From a virus: 64,000 nucleotides of DNA. Location: positions 32,001-96,000 of IMG/VR virus record IMGVR_UViG_3300042305_002284; one strand, written 5' to 3'. The notes beneath the pieces are model-generated. The model did not search any database. It was not told the origin of the DNA and was given only the letters and a program-made list of their open reading frames with translations. The position numbers were made by a program, and so were the translations under genes. Below are positions 48,504 to 57,057 of the stretch, piece after piece (position 1 is the first letter of the stretch; every line of letters begins with the position of its first letter).

Positions 48504-49445
48504 ATGTCATCGGTGCAAAAAGAACAGATATTAGCAGATATATTTGGCGCTCCTCAACGATCCGGTGAGGAGTTGCTTTTTTATTGTCCCAAGTGCAAAC
48601 ATCAAAAAAAGAAACTCTCCTGTAATGTCCGTAAAAACGCTTTCAAATGTTGGGTATGCAACTTTACGGGGAACAGCATAGCAAGGCTGGTAAAGCGTTA
48701 TGGCTCGTATAAACAGAAACAAGAATGGGGTAGGTATGATGACAAAGTTGATTTGTCTTCCATTTCTTTTGCAGATTCTTTATTTGGAGATAAAGAACAA
48801 GAAGAAACAAACATTTCATTACCCAAAGAGTTTGTTACGCTGACTGGAAAATACAATCCAGTAAATTCTATTCCGTTGAGATATTTGCATGAACGAGGAA
48901 TAAACAAAGAAGATATACTAAAATGGAAAATAGGATATTGTCCTGATGGCGAATATGCTGGTCGGATTATCGTTCCAAGTTTTAGTCTTGAAGGAAAAAT
49001 AAATTATTTTATTGCTCGTTCTTATCGCGACGATTGGATGAAATATAAAAATCCACCTTTACATAAAAATCAAATATTATTCAACGAACTTTATGTTGAT
49101 TGGTCCTCTGACCTTGTATTGACAGAGGGAGTTTTTGATGCTATAATAGCAGGAAACGCAGTGCCGCTGCTTGGTTCTACATTGCCGGAAACAAGTAGAT
49201 TATTCCAAGAAATAGCAAAACACGATACACCAATATATGTTGCCCTTGATCCAGACGCAGAAAAGAAAGCAAAACATCTCATAAAAGATATGATCCAATA
49301 TGGTATAGAAACATACAAGGTTGATGTAAGTGGTTTTCAAGATGTTGGTAGTATGACAAAAGCAGAGTTTCTTGAAAGAAAAGCCGCAGCACTTCCTATG
49401 ACACAAGAAACACTATTTAGATATCAAATACAAGGATTTATATGA
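48504..49445 (+). CDS. DNA primase (Zn-finger plus TOPRIM)
   Basis: CPKC...CWVC zinc finger, RIIVP, FIAR, KYKNP, TEGVFDAI and ALDPDA. Confidence 0.9.
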   Translation: MSSVQKEQILADIFGAPQRSGEELLFYCPKCKHQKKKLSCNVRKNAFKCWVCNFTGNSIARLVKRYGSYKQKQEWGRYDDKVDLSSISFADSLFGDKEQEETNISLPKEFVTLTGKYNPVNSIPLRYLHERGINKEDILKWKIGYCPDGEYAGRIIVPSFSLEGKINYFIARSYRDDWMKYKNPPLHKNQILFNELYVDWSSDLVLTEGVFDAIIAGNAVPLLGSTLPETSRLFQEIAKHDTPIYVALDPDAEKKAKHLIKDMIQYGIETYKVDVSGFQDVGSMTKAEFLERKAAALPMTQETLFRYQIQGFI

Positions 49446-49579
49446 AAGTCGTCTATATTGTAATAGAAGTTTGGTACAGCAGAACCGATTTAGTTGCTTG
49501 TTTTTCCAAAAGACAAGATGCCGAAAAGTTTATTGAAAATAAACGAAATTTTTCTATCACAGAAATGGAAGTAAAATGA
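49442..49579 (+). CDS. Small hypothetical protein (45 aa), below the ORF-track size cut-off
   Basis: MKVVYIVIEVWYSRTDLVACFSKRQDAEKFIENKRNFSITEMEVK; RBS AAGGA and ATGA overlaps at both ends. Confidence 0.7.
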   Translation: MKVVYIVIEVWYSRTDLVACFSKRQDAEKFIENKRNFSITEMEVK

Positions 49580-52500
49580 TAAAGATCTGTCACCTATCGG
49601 ACACCCATATCAGAAACCTCAAATATCACGACGAATATCGTATAGTATTCAATAAAATATTTGAAACTCTAAAACAAGAAAAACCAGACTATATTATTCA
49701 TTGTGGGGATATAGCACATACAAAAAACCAGATATCTCCTGAGTTTGTTGAAATGTGTTCTTGGTTTCTAAAAGAACTTGCCGATATTGCTCCAACATAT
49801 ATTATTCTTGGAAACCACGACTGTAACCTCAAAAACGACACTCGCCAAGATAGCATTTCTCCTATTGTTACAGCACTAAACAATCCAAACCTAACACTTT
49901 GGAAATATTCAGGCGAGCGAGTTATAGATGAAAAACTTGCCTTCAATGTTCTTTCGCTTATTGATGAAGATAAGTGGGTAAAACCAAGCGATCCCAACAG
50001 GATCAATATTGCTCTTTATCACGGCGCTATTGCTGGTGTATCCACAGATGTTGGGTACACTATGGAACACAGCGATCATGATGTTTCAATTTTTGAAGGT
50101 CACGATTACGCAATGGCCGGCGATATTCACAAGACAAATCAAATTGTTGATACAGAAGGTCGTGTTCGCTATCCAGGTTCAACCATTCAACAGAACCATG
50201 GAGAAACAGACGATAAGGGTTTTCTCATTTGGGAAATAGAAGATAAAAACCAGTTTGATGTTCGGCATATTGCTATCCCGCACCCAAAACCATTTGTAAC
50301 TATCAAACTTGATGAAAATGGCAAGTTTGATGAAACAGCCAACATAAAGACAAACGCTCGTATTCGTGTTATGGCTGATAGCAACATTTCAGCAAATGAA
50401 ATAAGAAAAACACTTGATATTATCAAAGTAAAGTTTCAGCCAGAAAGTGTTGCCTTTCTAAACAAGGCAACAAGCAGAATAGATATAACAGAAACCATCA
50501 ACAAGATGGAAGATCAAGATTTGCGCTCAATATCAACACAAGAAAAACTGCTTGCTGAATATCTAAAAGACTATAATCCAACAGCAGAAATATTGCAAAA
50601 AGTGTACGAACTAAATAAAAAATACAACTCTATTGCCGAAGAAAACGAAGAAGTGTCCAGAAACATTCGTTGGACAATCAAGTCATTGATGTGGGATAAT
50701 ATGTTCAACTATGGAAAAGATAACTCAATAGATTTCCAAAAATTAAACGGTGTTGTTTCTCTAAATGGTCCCAACGGTCAAGGAAAGTCTGCCATTTTGG
50801 ACTCAATGCTTTGGGGTATGCAGAATTCAACAAGTAAAAATGTTCGTAAAAATGTAAATATTATCAACCAAAACCAAGACAACTGTCGTGTTGTTGTTGA
50901 TCTGCTTGTTGATGACAAGCAATATACTATTGAAAGAACTGCTGAAAAATATACCAAGAAACTAAATGGCGAAGAAACACTTGAAGCAAAAACCGATGTT
51001 TCTTTTAGTGTCTGTGATATAGGAGAAAGCGAAGACTGTGAAAGGTTTGAAAAAGGTAATCTAAATGGTCTTGATCGCAACGAAACAGATAAAAATATTC
51101 GTAAAGTATTTGGAACACTGGAAGACTTTCTTTTTACTTCTATGTCTTCCCAGCTTGGTTCTCTTGACTTTATCAACGAAGGTTCAACTCGTCGTAAAGA
51201 AATACTTGGAAAGTTCCTTGATCTTGATATATTTGCTAAAAAATACAAACTTTCAAACAGTGAAGCAACAGAGCTAAAAGCAGCACTAAAACGACTTGAA
51301 ACAAAAAATCACGATCAAGAGATATTAGAAACATCTATAAAATTGATTGAACTAAAAGGCAAAGCACAACAACAACTTGATGAGTGTGAAGAAATAAAAA
51401 GTGAAATAAAAGTTCTAACAGAGCAAATAAACAATATAAACATAGAGACTGCTTCTATGCCAAAAATAGATGTTATTGATATTGATAATGCCAAGTTATC
51501 TTTAGAAAAGATATTCAGCGATATAGAAAAGTTCGGCAAAACAATGAAAGAAAATAGTGAATTTTATATAGAAAAAGAACGAGCACTTGATGTTGCTAAA
51601 AAAGTTGTTACTGGCATAAAAATAGAAGAAATAAACAAAAATAAAAATACCATAACAGAAAAAAACAAAGAACTTGACAAGGTGTTGAGGCAAATAAATG
51701 AACTTGAAAAAGATATTCTCCGTGACAAAAAAGATATACAGATTTTGGATGAGGTCCCATGTGGAAATACTTTTCCTACCTGTAAGTTTCTTACTGGTGC
51801 CTTTCAAAAGAAAGGCGAGATAGATGGTAAAAAAGACCTTGTTGTTATAGCGAGCAAGAGAAAACAAGAAATAGAAAAAACTATAAATCAACTAAATCCA
51901 ACAGAAATAGAAAAGTCTATTTCTGCTCGTAATGTTATTTTGGAAAAAATAAGAAATATGGAAACTATTGTTGCTAACAAAAAACTTGAAAACGAACAAC
52001 TAAATGGAAAAATAATAGTTTCACAGAGCCTTGTAGAAAAACTAGAACAAAAAATAGAAAACTATTATAAAAACGAACAAGCAGCAAAAAAACTAAATGA
52101 AATAACAAAAGTGAAACAAGGTTTTATTGAACAAAATGAAAATCTAACAAAACAACTAAATGCTTGTGAAACAAGTATCATAAAACTACATCGCGAACAA
52201 GGTTCATTAGAACAAAAGAAAACTGACTTGGAAGAAGCAAAACAAGAACTTGCCAAACTACGAGACGAATATGCTGCTATTTCTATGTTTGAAAAGGCGA
52301 TGCACAGCAACGGAATAAGTTATGACATTATTCGCAAAAAACTGCCAGTTATAAATGAAGAAATAGCAAAAGTTCTTGCCAATATTGTGAGTTTTGAAAT
52401 ATTTTTTGAAGATGATGGTAAAAAACTTGACATTCTTATCAAGCATCCAAAATATGAAAAGCGACCAATTGAACTAGCCAGTGGAGCAGAAAAAAGTTTG

Positions 52501-52752
52501 GCTGCTATGGCTATAAGACTTGCCTTGACAAAAATAACTTCATTGCCAACTGGCGATATTATTATACTTGATGAACCAGCAACTTCACTTGACGAAGAAA
52601 ATATGGAAGGTTTTACCAGAATGCTTGATATGCTAAAAACTCATTATAAAACAATATTATTGATATCTCACCTACCAGAATTGAAAGATATTGCTGACAC
52701 GCAGATACTTATAAATAATATTGATGGATATGCTTCTGTGGAGGTAAAATGA
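49576..52752 (+). CDS. Fused SbcD/Mre11 nuclease - SbcC/Rad50 ATPase (T4 gp47-gp46-like)
   Basis: Metallophosphoesterase motifs SDTH, CGDIAH, GNHD, HG and GDIH, followed by Walker A GPNGQGKS, coiled coil, signature ASGAE, Walker B ILDEP and ISH. Confidence 0.92.
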   Translation: MIKICHLSDTHIRNLKYHDEYRIVFNKIFETLKQEKPDYIIHCGDIAHTKNQISPEFVEMCSWFLKELADIAPTYIILGNHDCNLKNDTRQDSISPIVTALNNPNLTLWKYSGERVIDEKLAFNVLSLIDEDKWVKPSDPNRINIALYHGAIAGVSTDVGYTMEHSDHDVSIFEGHDYAMAGDIHKTNQIVDTEGRVRYPGSTIQQNHGETDDKGFLIWEIEDKNQFDVRHIAIPHPKPFVTIKLDENGKFDETANIKTNARIRVMADSNISANEIRKTLDIIKVKFQPESVAFLNKATSRIDITETINKMEDQDLRSISTQEKLLAEYLKDYNPTAEILQKVYELNKKYNSIAEENEEVSRNIRWTIKSLMWDNMFNYGKDNSIDFQKLNGVVSLNGPNGQGKSAILDSMLWGMQNSTSKNVRKNVNIINQNQDNCRVVVDLLVDDKQYTIERTAEKYTKKLNGEETLEAKTDVSFSVCDIGESEDCERFEKGNLNGLDRNETDKNIRKVFGTLEDFLFTSMSSQLGSLDFINEGSTRRKEILGKFLDLDIFAKKYKLSNSEATELKAALKRLETKNHDQEILETSIKLIELKGKAQQQLDECEEIKSEIKVLTEQINNINIETASMPKIDVIDIDNAKLSLEKIFSDIEKFGKTMKENSEFYIEKERALDVAKKVVTGIKIEEINKNKNTITEKNKELDKVLRQINELEKDILRDKKDIQILDEVPCGNTFPTCKFLTGAFQKKGEIDGKKDLVVIASKRKQEIEKTINQLNPTEIEKSISARNVILEKIRNMETIVANKKLENEQLNGKIIVSQSLVEKLEQKIENYYKNEQAAKKLNEITKVKQGFIEQNENLTKQLNACETSIIKLHREQGSLEQKKTDLEEAKQELAKLRDEYAAISMFEKAMHSNGISYDIIRKKLPVINEEIAKVLANIVSFEIFFEDDGKKLDILIKHPKYEKRPIELASGAEKSLAAMAIRLALTKITSLPTGDIIILDEPATSLDEENMEGFTRMLDMLKTHYKTILLISHLPELKDIADTQILINNIDGYASVEVK

Positions 52753-52979
52753 TAATGGCGCGACTAAAAAAAGAAATACTTGATAAAGGTATATCAAAAC
52801 TTGTTAGTAGAAAACTACTTGTTTGGCTTGTGGCAACTATTGGTGTGCCTTTACAAATGATTGATGGTGAGCAATGGTTACAAATAAGTATGGTTTATAT
52901 CGGCTCTCAGGCGGCAAAAGACTTTATCATAGAGTATGTCAAGGCAAAAACTGGAAGCCAAAATACACCAACTGTGTGA
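52749..52979 (+). CDS. Putative holin-like small membrane protein
   Basis: SRKLLVWLVAT...W..ISMVYIGSQAAKD pattern with two short hydrophobic segments. Confidence 0.5.
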   Translation: MIMARLKKEILDKGISKLVSRKLLVWLVATIGVPLQMIDGEQWLQISMVYIGSQAAKDFIIEYVKAKTGSQNTPTV

Positions 52980-53076
52980 AATACTAAAAAATTTTTTGTT
53001 TTATGCTATTGTGATAATAGTAGTGATATCTTTTATTGTAGAAATACTAAATCAAGGAAATAGAAATGGTAAATAA
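52936..53076 (+). CDS. Small single-TM protein (46 aa), not in the ORF track
   Basis: MSRQKLEAKIHQLCEILKNFLFYAIVIIVVISFIVEILNQGNRNGK fills the gap between the holin-like and spanin-like genes. Confidence 0.45.
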   Translation: MSRQKLEAKIHQLCEILKNFLFYAIVIIVVISFIVEILNQGNRNGK

Positions 53077-53434
53077 AATATTAGAAACTTGTAAAAAATA
53101 TTGGTATATGTTTGTTATATTCGCCCTAACCGGTGTTGTTTTGTTGGTGAGTTTTGTAGAGAACTCCAAAGTGGCAGGCTTGTCAAATGTTATAAAAAAG
53201 ATTGCTGATGGTTATATAAAGCAGTTTGACAAGTTAGAAACACTAAACGATGCCAAAACAAGAAAAGATAAAAAAGTTATCAACAAAGCGGAAAAGAAAA
53301 TAGAAGCAATAGAAAAAGACAAAGAAGAAAAAGTACAAAAAGTATTAGAAGAAAAAGAAAAAGTTGTAGAAAAACTCAAAGATAACTCAACAGAAGAACT
53401 TGCTAAAAAAATAAAGGAAGAGTATAATCTATGA
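53066..53434 (+). CDS. Putative i-spanin-like protein
   Basis: N-terminal TM helix followed by a long Lys/Glu coiled coil; RBS AAGGA. Confidence 0.5.
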   Translation: MVNKILETCKKYWYMFVIFALTGVVLLVSFVENSKVAGLSNVIKKIADGYIKQFDKLETLNDAKTRKDKKVINKAEKKIEAIEKDKEEKVQKVLEEKEKVVEKLKDNSTEELAKKIKEEYNL

Positions 53435-53859
53435 GAACATTATGCTTAGCATTATTATTTATATTTTCAGGGACTTCATTCGCTCAAACGGCAGTCGTAA
53501 AAGGACAACAATGTCCAGCAGACGGTATCTTTCTAACAAAAGAAGAAGCAGCAAAAATATTAGCAGAAAAACAAGCAGCAGCAGAAATATGCCGGATAAA
53601 TAATGAGGCGTCTGTTGAAAAAGAAAAAACAAAATGTGGTTTTGAAAAAGGCTTATTACAAAATGAACTTGATTTTGAAAAGAAAAAGTTTGATGAAATA
53701 ATAGGGCTAAGAAATGCGCAAGACAAAGTTTTCTTGGATCGTATTGATGATGGGGGTGACAATACATATTATTTTTTTGGCGGATTGGCTTTGGGTGCTG
53801 TTGTATCCGGAGCGGCCATAGTTGGCACAATAGTTCTAATAAACCAGGTCGTACAATGA
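53431..53859 (+). CDS. Exported coiled-coil protein with C-terminal TM (spanin partner-like)
   Basis: Signal peptide ending SFA|Q, three Cys in the mature part, coiled coil and a Gly-rich C-terminal TM. Confidence 0.5.
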   Translation: MRTLCLALLFIFSGTSFAQTAVVKGQQCPADGIFLTKEEAAKILAEKQAAAEICRINNEASVEKEKTKCGFEKGLLQNELDFEKKKFDEIIGLRNAQDKVFLDRIDDGGDNTYYFFGGLALGAVVSGAAIVGTIVLINQVVQ

Positions 53860-54248
53860 GCCAAGACTGGGACAAGATAGCAGCAGTAGAAAAAGCCGTA
53901 AAAGAAAAATACGGAGATAATGCTATTGCTAATCCAAAAGCAAATTGGAACGCAGAAAAAGAAGCAGACTTTATAGAGCAAATAAAACAGCAAGCGATAA
54001 AAACTCAGGAAAAGCAGGACAAACAAGAAATAATAGAAGAAAATGGGTTTTTAGTAAAGAAAAAACTATTTATTAGCAAAACCAACAGGGTTTGTCCGGT
54101 CTTGGAATGTGGGCGTTATTCTTTTAGTGTAAAGGATGATGTATATATGAACAAGTTTGGATGTTGTTATGGATGTTATATAAAATATGTTGAAGGTCGT
54201 GAAGGCCTTTGGGAAGAAAGAAAGAAGGTGATTACAAATGGTAGTTGA
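53856..54248 (+). CDS. Hypothetical protein with a probable Zn-binding motif
   Basis: CPVLEC...CCYGC cysteine cluster. Confidence 0.7.
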   Translation: MSQDWDKIAAVEKAVKEKYGDNAIANPKANWNAEKEADFIEQIKQQAIKTQEKQDKQEIIEENGFLVKKKLFISKTNRVCPVLECGRYSFSVKDDVYMNKFGCCYGCYIKYVEGREGLWEERKKVITNGS

Positions 54249-54432
54249 TAAACTTGAAGAAGTAGCGAAAGCGCTTGAAGCGTGTAAGGCAGACGCCGTA
54301 AAAGTCGACAAAGGTAATCGTTCGGCTGCAACCCGTATTCGTAAAGATCTTGGTGCAGTTGCAAAGATGCTAAAAGAACTTCGTAATGCAGCGCTTGAAA
54401 AAGTTCGTGAAGTAAAAACAAAAGAAGACTGA
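54238..54432 (+). CDS. Histone H1-like Hc1-family nucleoid protein
   Basis: DAVKVDKGNRSAATRIRKDL...LKELR matches the Hc1 core KGNKAAGTRARK; RBS AAGGTG. Confidence 0.8.
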   Translation: MVVDKLEEVAKALEACKADAVKVDKGNRSAATRIRKDLGAVAKMLKELRNAALEKVREVKTKED

Positions 54433-54456
54433 AACCCAACAAGGAGAAGATAATAA

Positions 54457-54987
54457 ATGGCTGAACTTTTAGATGTAATAAAAGGTATTTCACAAGTAAT
54501 GGCTCAAACTTATGATGGTGCAACCGATAAAGATGGTAAGCCAATCAAAGCAGGTTTGCGCCGCGAGGAAGTATCAGCATTTACCAGTTGTGAGTGTCGT
54601 CTCCTTGATGGTTTTCGTGCGCGTGTAACTCATCACGCAGGAAAAGATGGTTCTTTTCCTTGTTTGATAATCTCTTATCATAGCGAACTCAAACTTGAAG
54701 AAGCGCACAGTCCAAAACTCGGCGAACAAGTTGAGGAGCATATAGCAGAAGCACTAAAATATCTAAAAAAAGAGTTCAAAAAGGTTGCTGGCAAAGAACT
54801 AAATGTTGAAAAATATGGCGAAGTAAAAATGCTTGTTGAAGAAACATCAAGAATCCGAGTTTTTGTAACAGCACAATGTCATTACAAAATAAAAGATATT
54901 GATATGCCAAAACTTGAAGATCAAAAAGATGTTGAACGCAGCGAACAACTTCAAAAATGGTTAGCATTAGGTGGATTGAAGAAATGA
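54457..54987 (+). CDS. Hypothetical protein
   Basis: RBS AAGGAG; clean ORF. Confidence 0.75.
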   Translation: MAELLDVIKGISQVMAQTYDGATDKDGKPIKAGLRREEVSAFTSCECRLLDGFRARVTHHAGKDGSFPCLIISYHSELKLEEAHSPKLGEQVEEHIAEALKYLKKEFKKVAGKELNVEKYGEVKMLVEETSRIRVFVTAQCHYKIKDIDMPKLEDQKDVERSEQLQKWLALGGLKK

Positions 54988-55451
54988 AAATAACAAAAGC
55001 AAGACTTTTACAGATCATTCGTGAAGAGGTTGAACTCCACGAAAAGTATGTTGAAGAAAATGTTATTGAACTTGACGAAGAGGCGATTGAAGAACTTTCG
55101 AAACAAGCCGGTAAAAAGGCCATTGAAGATGAAATAGATACTGACAAAGAGACTGGCAGTCTTAAAGAAGTTGAAAAAGTAAAACACAAAGGCAAAGAAT
55201 ATAAAGCATCGGCATCTACCATGAAGGCTATTCGCGGTGGTGCTGGCGGTCCCGGTAAAGTAACGACGTCAGAGTTTGAAAAAGCAGTAAAACAAGCAAG
55301 TTGGGCTGACGATCCAGAGGCGGTTGCTGCTGCCGGTAGAATAGTTGCTAAAAAGAAAGCCGGAACCATGGAAGAAGATAGTGATGTTGATGAAGATAAA
55401 CTTCTTGATCCCGAAACAAAAGAACCGGTCAATGGCACGAAACCAAGATGA
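54984..55451 (+). CDS. Putative head-internal protein with an MKITK..L..II.EE leader
   Basis: ATGA-coupled start MKITKARLLQIIREE, shared with 62137; many (L/I/V/M)-x-E sites. Confidence 0.6.
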   Translation: MKITKARLLQIIREEVELHEKYVEENVIELDEEAIEELSKQAGKKAIEDEIDTDKETGSLKEVEKVKHKGKEYKASASTMKAIRGGAGGPGKVTTSEFEKAVKQASWADDPEAVAAAGRIVAKKKAGTMEEDSDVDEDKLLDPETKEPVNGTKPR

Positions 55452-55454
55452 TAT

Positions 55455-57053
55455 ATGAGTTATGTTCTTACAAAAGATCAGGTAAAAGAAGAGATAAAGA
55501 AGTGCGGGCGTGATCCTGTATACTTCATTACAAACTACTGTAAAATATCACATCCAGAAAAAGGATTGATACCATTTAGTTTATACGGCTATCAGCAACG
55601 AACAATAAAAGACTTTGAAGACTATCGCTTCAATATAGTTCTAAAAGCCCGCCAGTTAGGTTTATCAACCGCTGTTGCGGGTTATATTGCTTGGATGCTT
55701 CTTTATCGCAGACAAAAAAGTGTTCTTGTTGTCGCAACAAAACTTGATGTAGCAGCCAATCTTGTAAAAAAAGTAAAAAAAATGATAAAAAGTCTGCCAA
55801 GTTGGATGAACATAGCAGACATATCAATAGACAATAGAAATAGTTTTGAACTAAATAATGGCTCATGGATCAAAGCATCATCAACAAGTGAAAGTGCTGG
55901 TCGTTCGGAAGCGTTGAGTCTTCTTGTTATTGACGAAGCAGCATTCGTTGAAGGCATGGAAGACCTGTGGAAAAGTATATTCCCAACACTTTCAACCGGT
56001 GGTCGTTGTATTGCCCTCTCGACGCCAAATGGGGTTGGAAACTGGTTCCATGAAACATATATAAATGCTGAAAATAACACAAACGATTTCCACGCCATAA
56101 AACTAAACTGGGACGCCCATCCAGAGCGAGATCGCGACTGGTTTGAAGCAGCCACTCGTAATATGAATAGGCGAGATATAGCACAAGAATTCGAATGCTC
56201 TTTCAATGCATCTGGTGAAGGCGTTATAAACTCGCAAGATTTACAAGAAATAAGAGAAGGCGTTTTAGAACCTAAATATCGCACAGGTTTTGATAGAAAC
56301 TATTGGATATGGGAAGAAGCAAGAGTTGACTTTACATATCTTCTTGTAGCAGACGTCGCCCGTGGAGATGGAAAAGACTTTTCTGCTTTCCATGTTGTAA
56401 AACTTGAAACAATGGAACAAGTAGCAGAGTATCAAGGAAAAATAGCGCCTGATATTTATGCTGATATGTTGTTTCAAACAGGAAAAGAATATAATAATGC
56501 TCTTCTTGTTGTTGAAAATAACAATATTGGATATAATGTTCTTGATAAACTTATAGAAAGAAAATATCCAAATATTTATTTTTCAATAAAATCAACACAT
56601 GAATATATAGAGCAAGTTCAAGCGGAAAGCATGACAAATAGTGTTCCAGGATTTACAACAACTCAAAAAACACGACCTCTCATTGTTTCAAAACTTGAAG
56701 AGTTTATTAGAAACAGATTGATAAAAATATATTCTAATAGAACAGTAGAAGAACTATCTACATTTGTATGGAACAACGGACGACCAGAAGCAATGAAAAA
56801 TAGAAACGACGATCTAACAATGTCTCTTGCTATTGCTTGCTGGGTGAGAGACACGGCACTAACAGTTTCTCAACGAGATATTGAGTATACAAAGGCAATG
56901 TTCAATGCTATAACTGTGGCAAATACCAAAGTCCAAACTAAAATACCCGGACAGATAGGTTATAATGGAAACTACTCAATGGATGAAAAAAGAGTAAATC
57001 AAAAAGAACTAAAAGAGTTCTATAAAATGTATGACTGGCTTTATAAAGGATAA
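55455..57053 (+). CDS. terL: Terminase large subunit (T4 gp17-like)
   Basis: KCGRDPVYF, YQ motif, Walker A LKARQLGLST, Walker B LVIDEAAF, STPNG, nuclease ADVARGDGKDFS, VENN and NDDLTMS. Confidence 0.95.
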   Translation: MSYVLTKDQVKEEIKKCGRDPVYFITNYCKISHPEKGLIPFSLYGYQQRTIKDFEDYRFNIVLKARQLGLSTAVAGYIAWMLLYRRQKSVLVVATKLDVAANLVKKVKKMIKSLPSWMNIADISIDNRNSFELNNGSWIKASSTSESAGRSEALSLLVIDEAAFVEGMEDLWKSIFPTLSTGGRCIALSTPNGVGNWFHETYINAENNTNDFHAIKLNWDAHPERDRDWFEAATRNMNRRDIAQEFECSFNASGEGVINSQDLQEIREGVLEPKYRTGFDRNYWIWEEARVDFTYLLVADVARGDGKDFSAFHVVKLETMEQVAEYQGKIAPDIYADMLFQTGKEYNNALLVVENNNIGYNVLDKLIERKYPNIYFSIKSTHEYIEQVQAESMTNSVPGFTTTQKTRPLIVSKLEEFIRNRLIKIYSNRTVEELSTFVWNNGRPEAMKNRNDDLTMSLAIACWVRDTALTVSQRDIEYTKAMFNAITVANTKVQTKIPGQIGYNGNYSMDEKRVNQKELKEFYKMYDWLYKG

Positions 57054-57057
57054 ATAA

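Noticed and set aside
54776-55438. 220-aa minus-strand ORF
   Set aside because: Antisense shadow of two well-supported plus-strand genes, with Ser/Phe-rich low-information sequence. Avoidance of TTA/TTAA on the plus strand removes minus-strand stops and inflates such ORFs.
55703-56284. 193-aa minus-strand ORF
   Set aside because: Lies wholly antisense to the terminase ATPase domain and shows no motifs.
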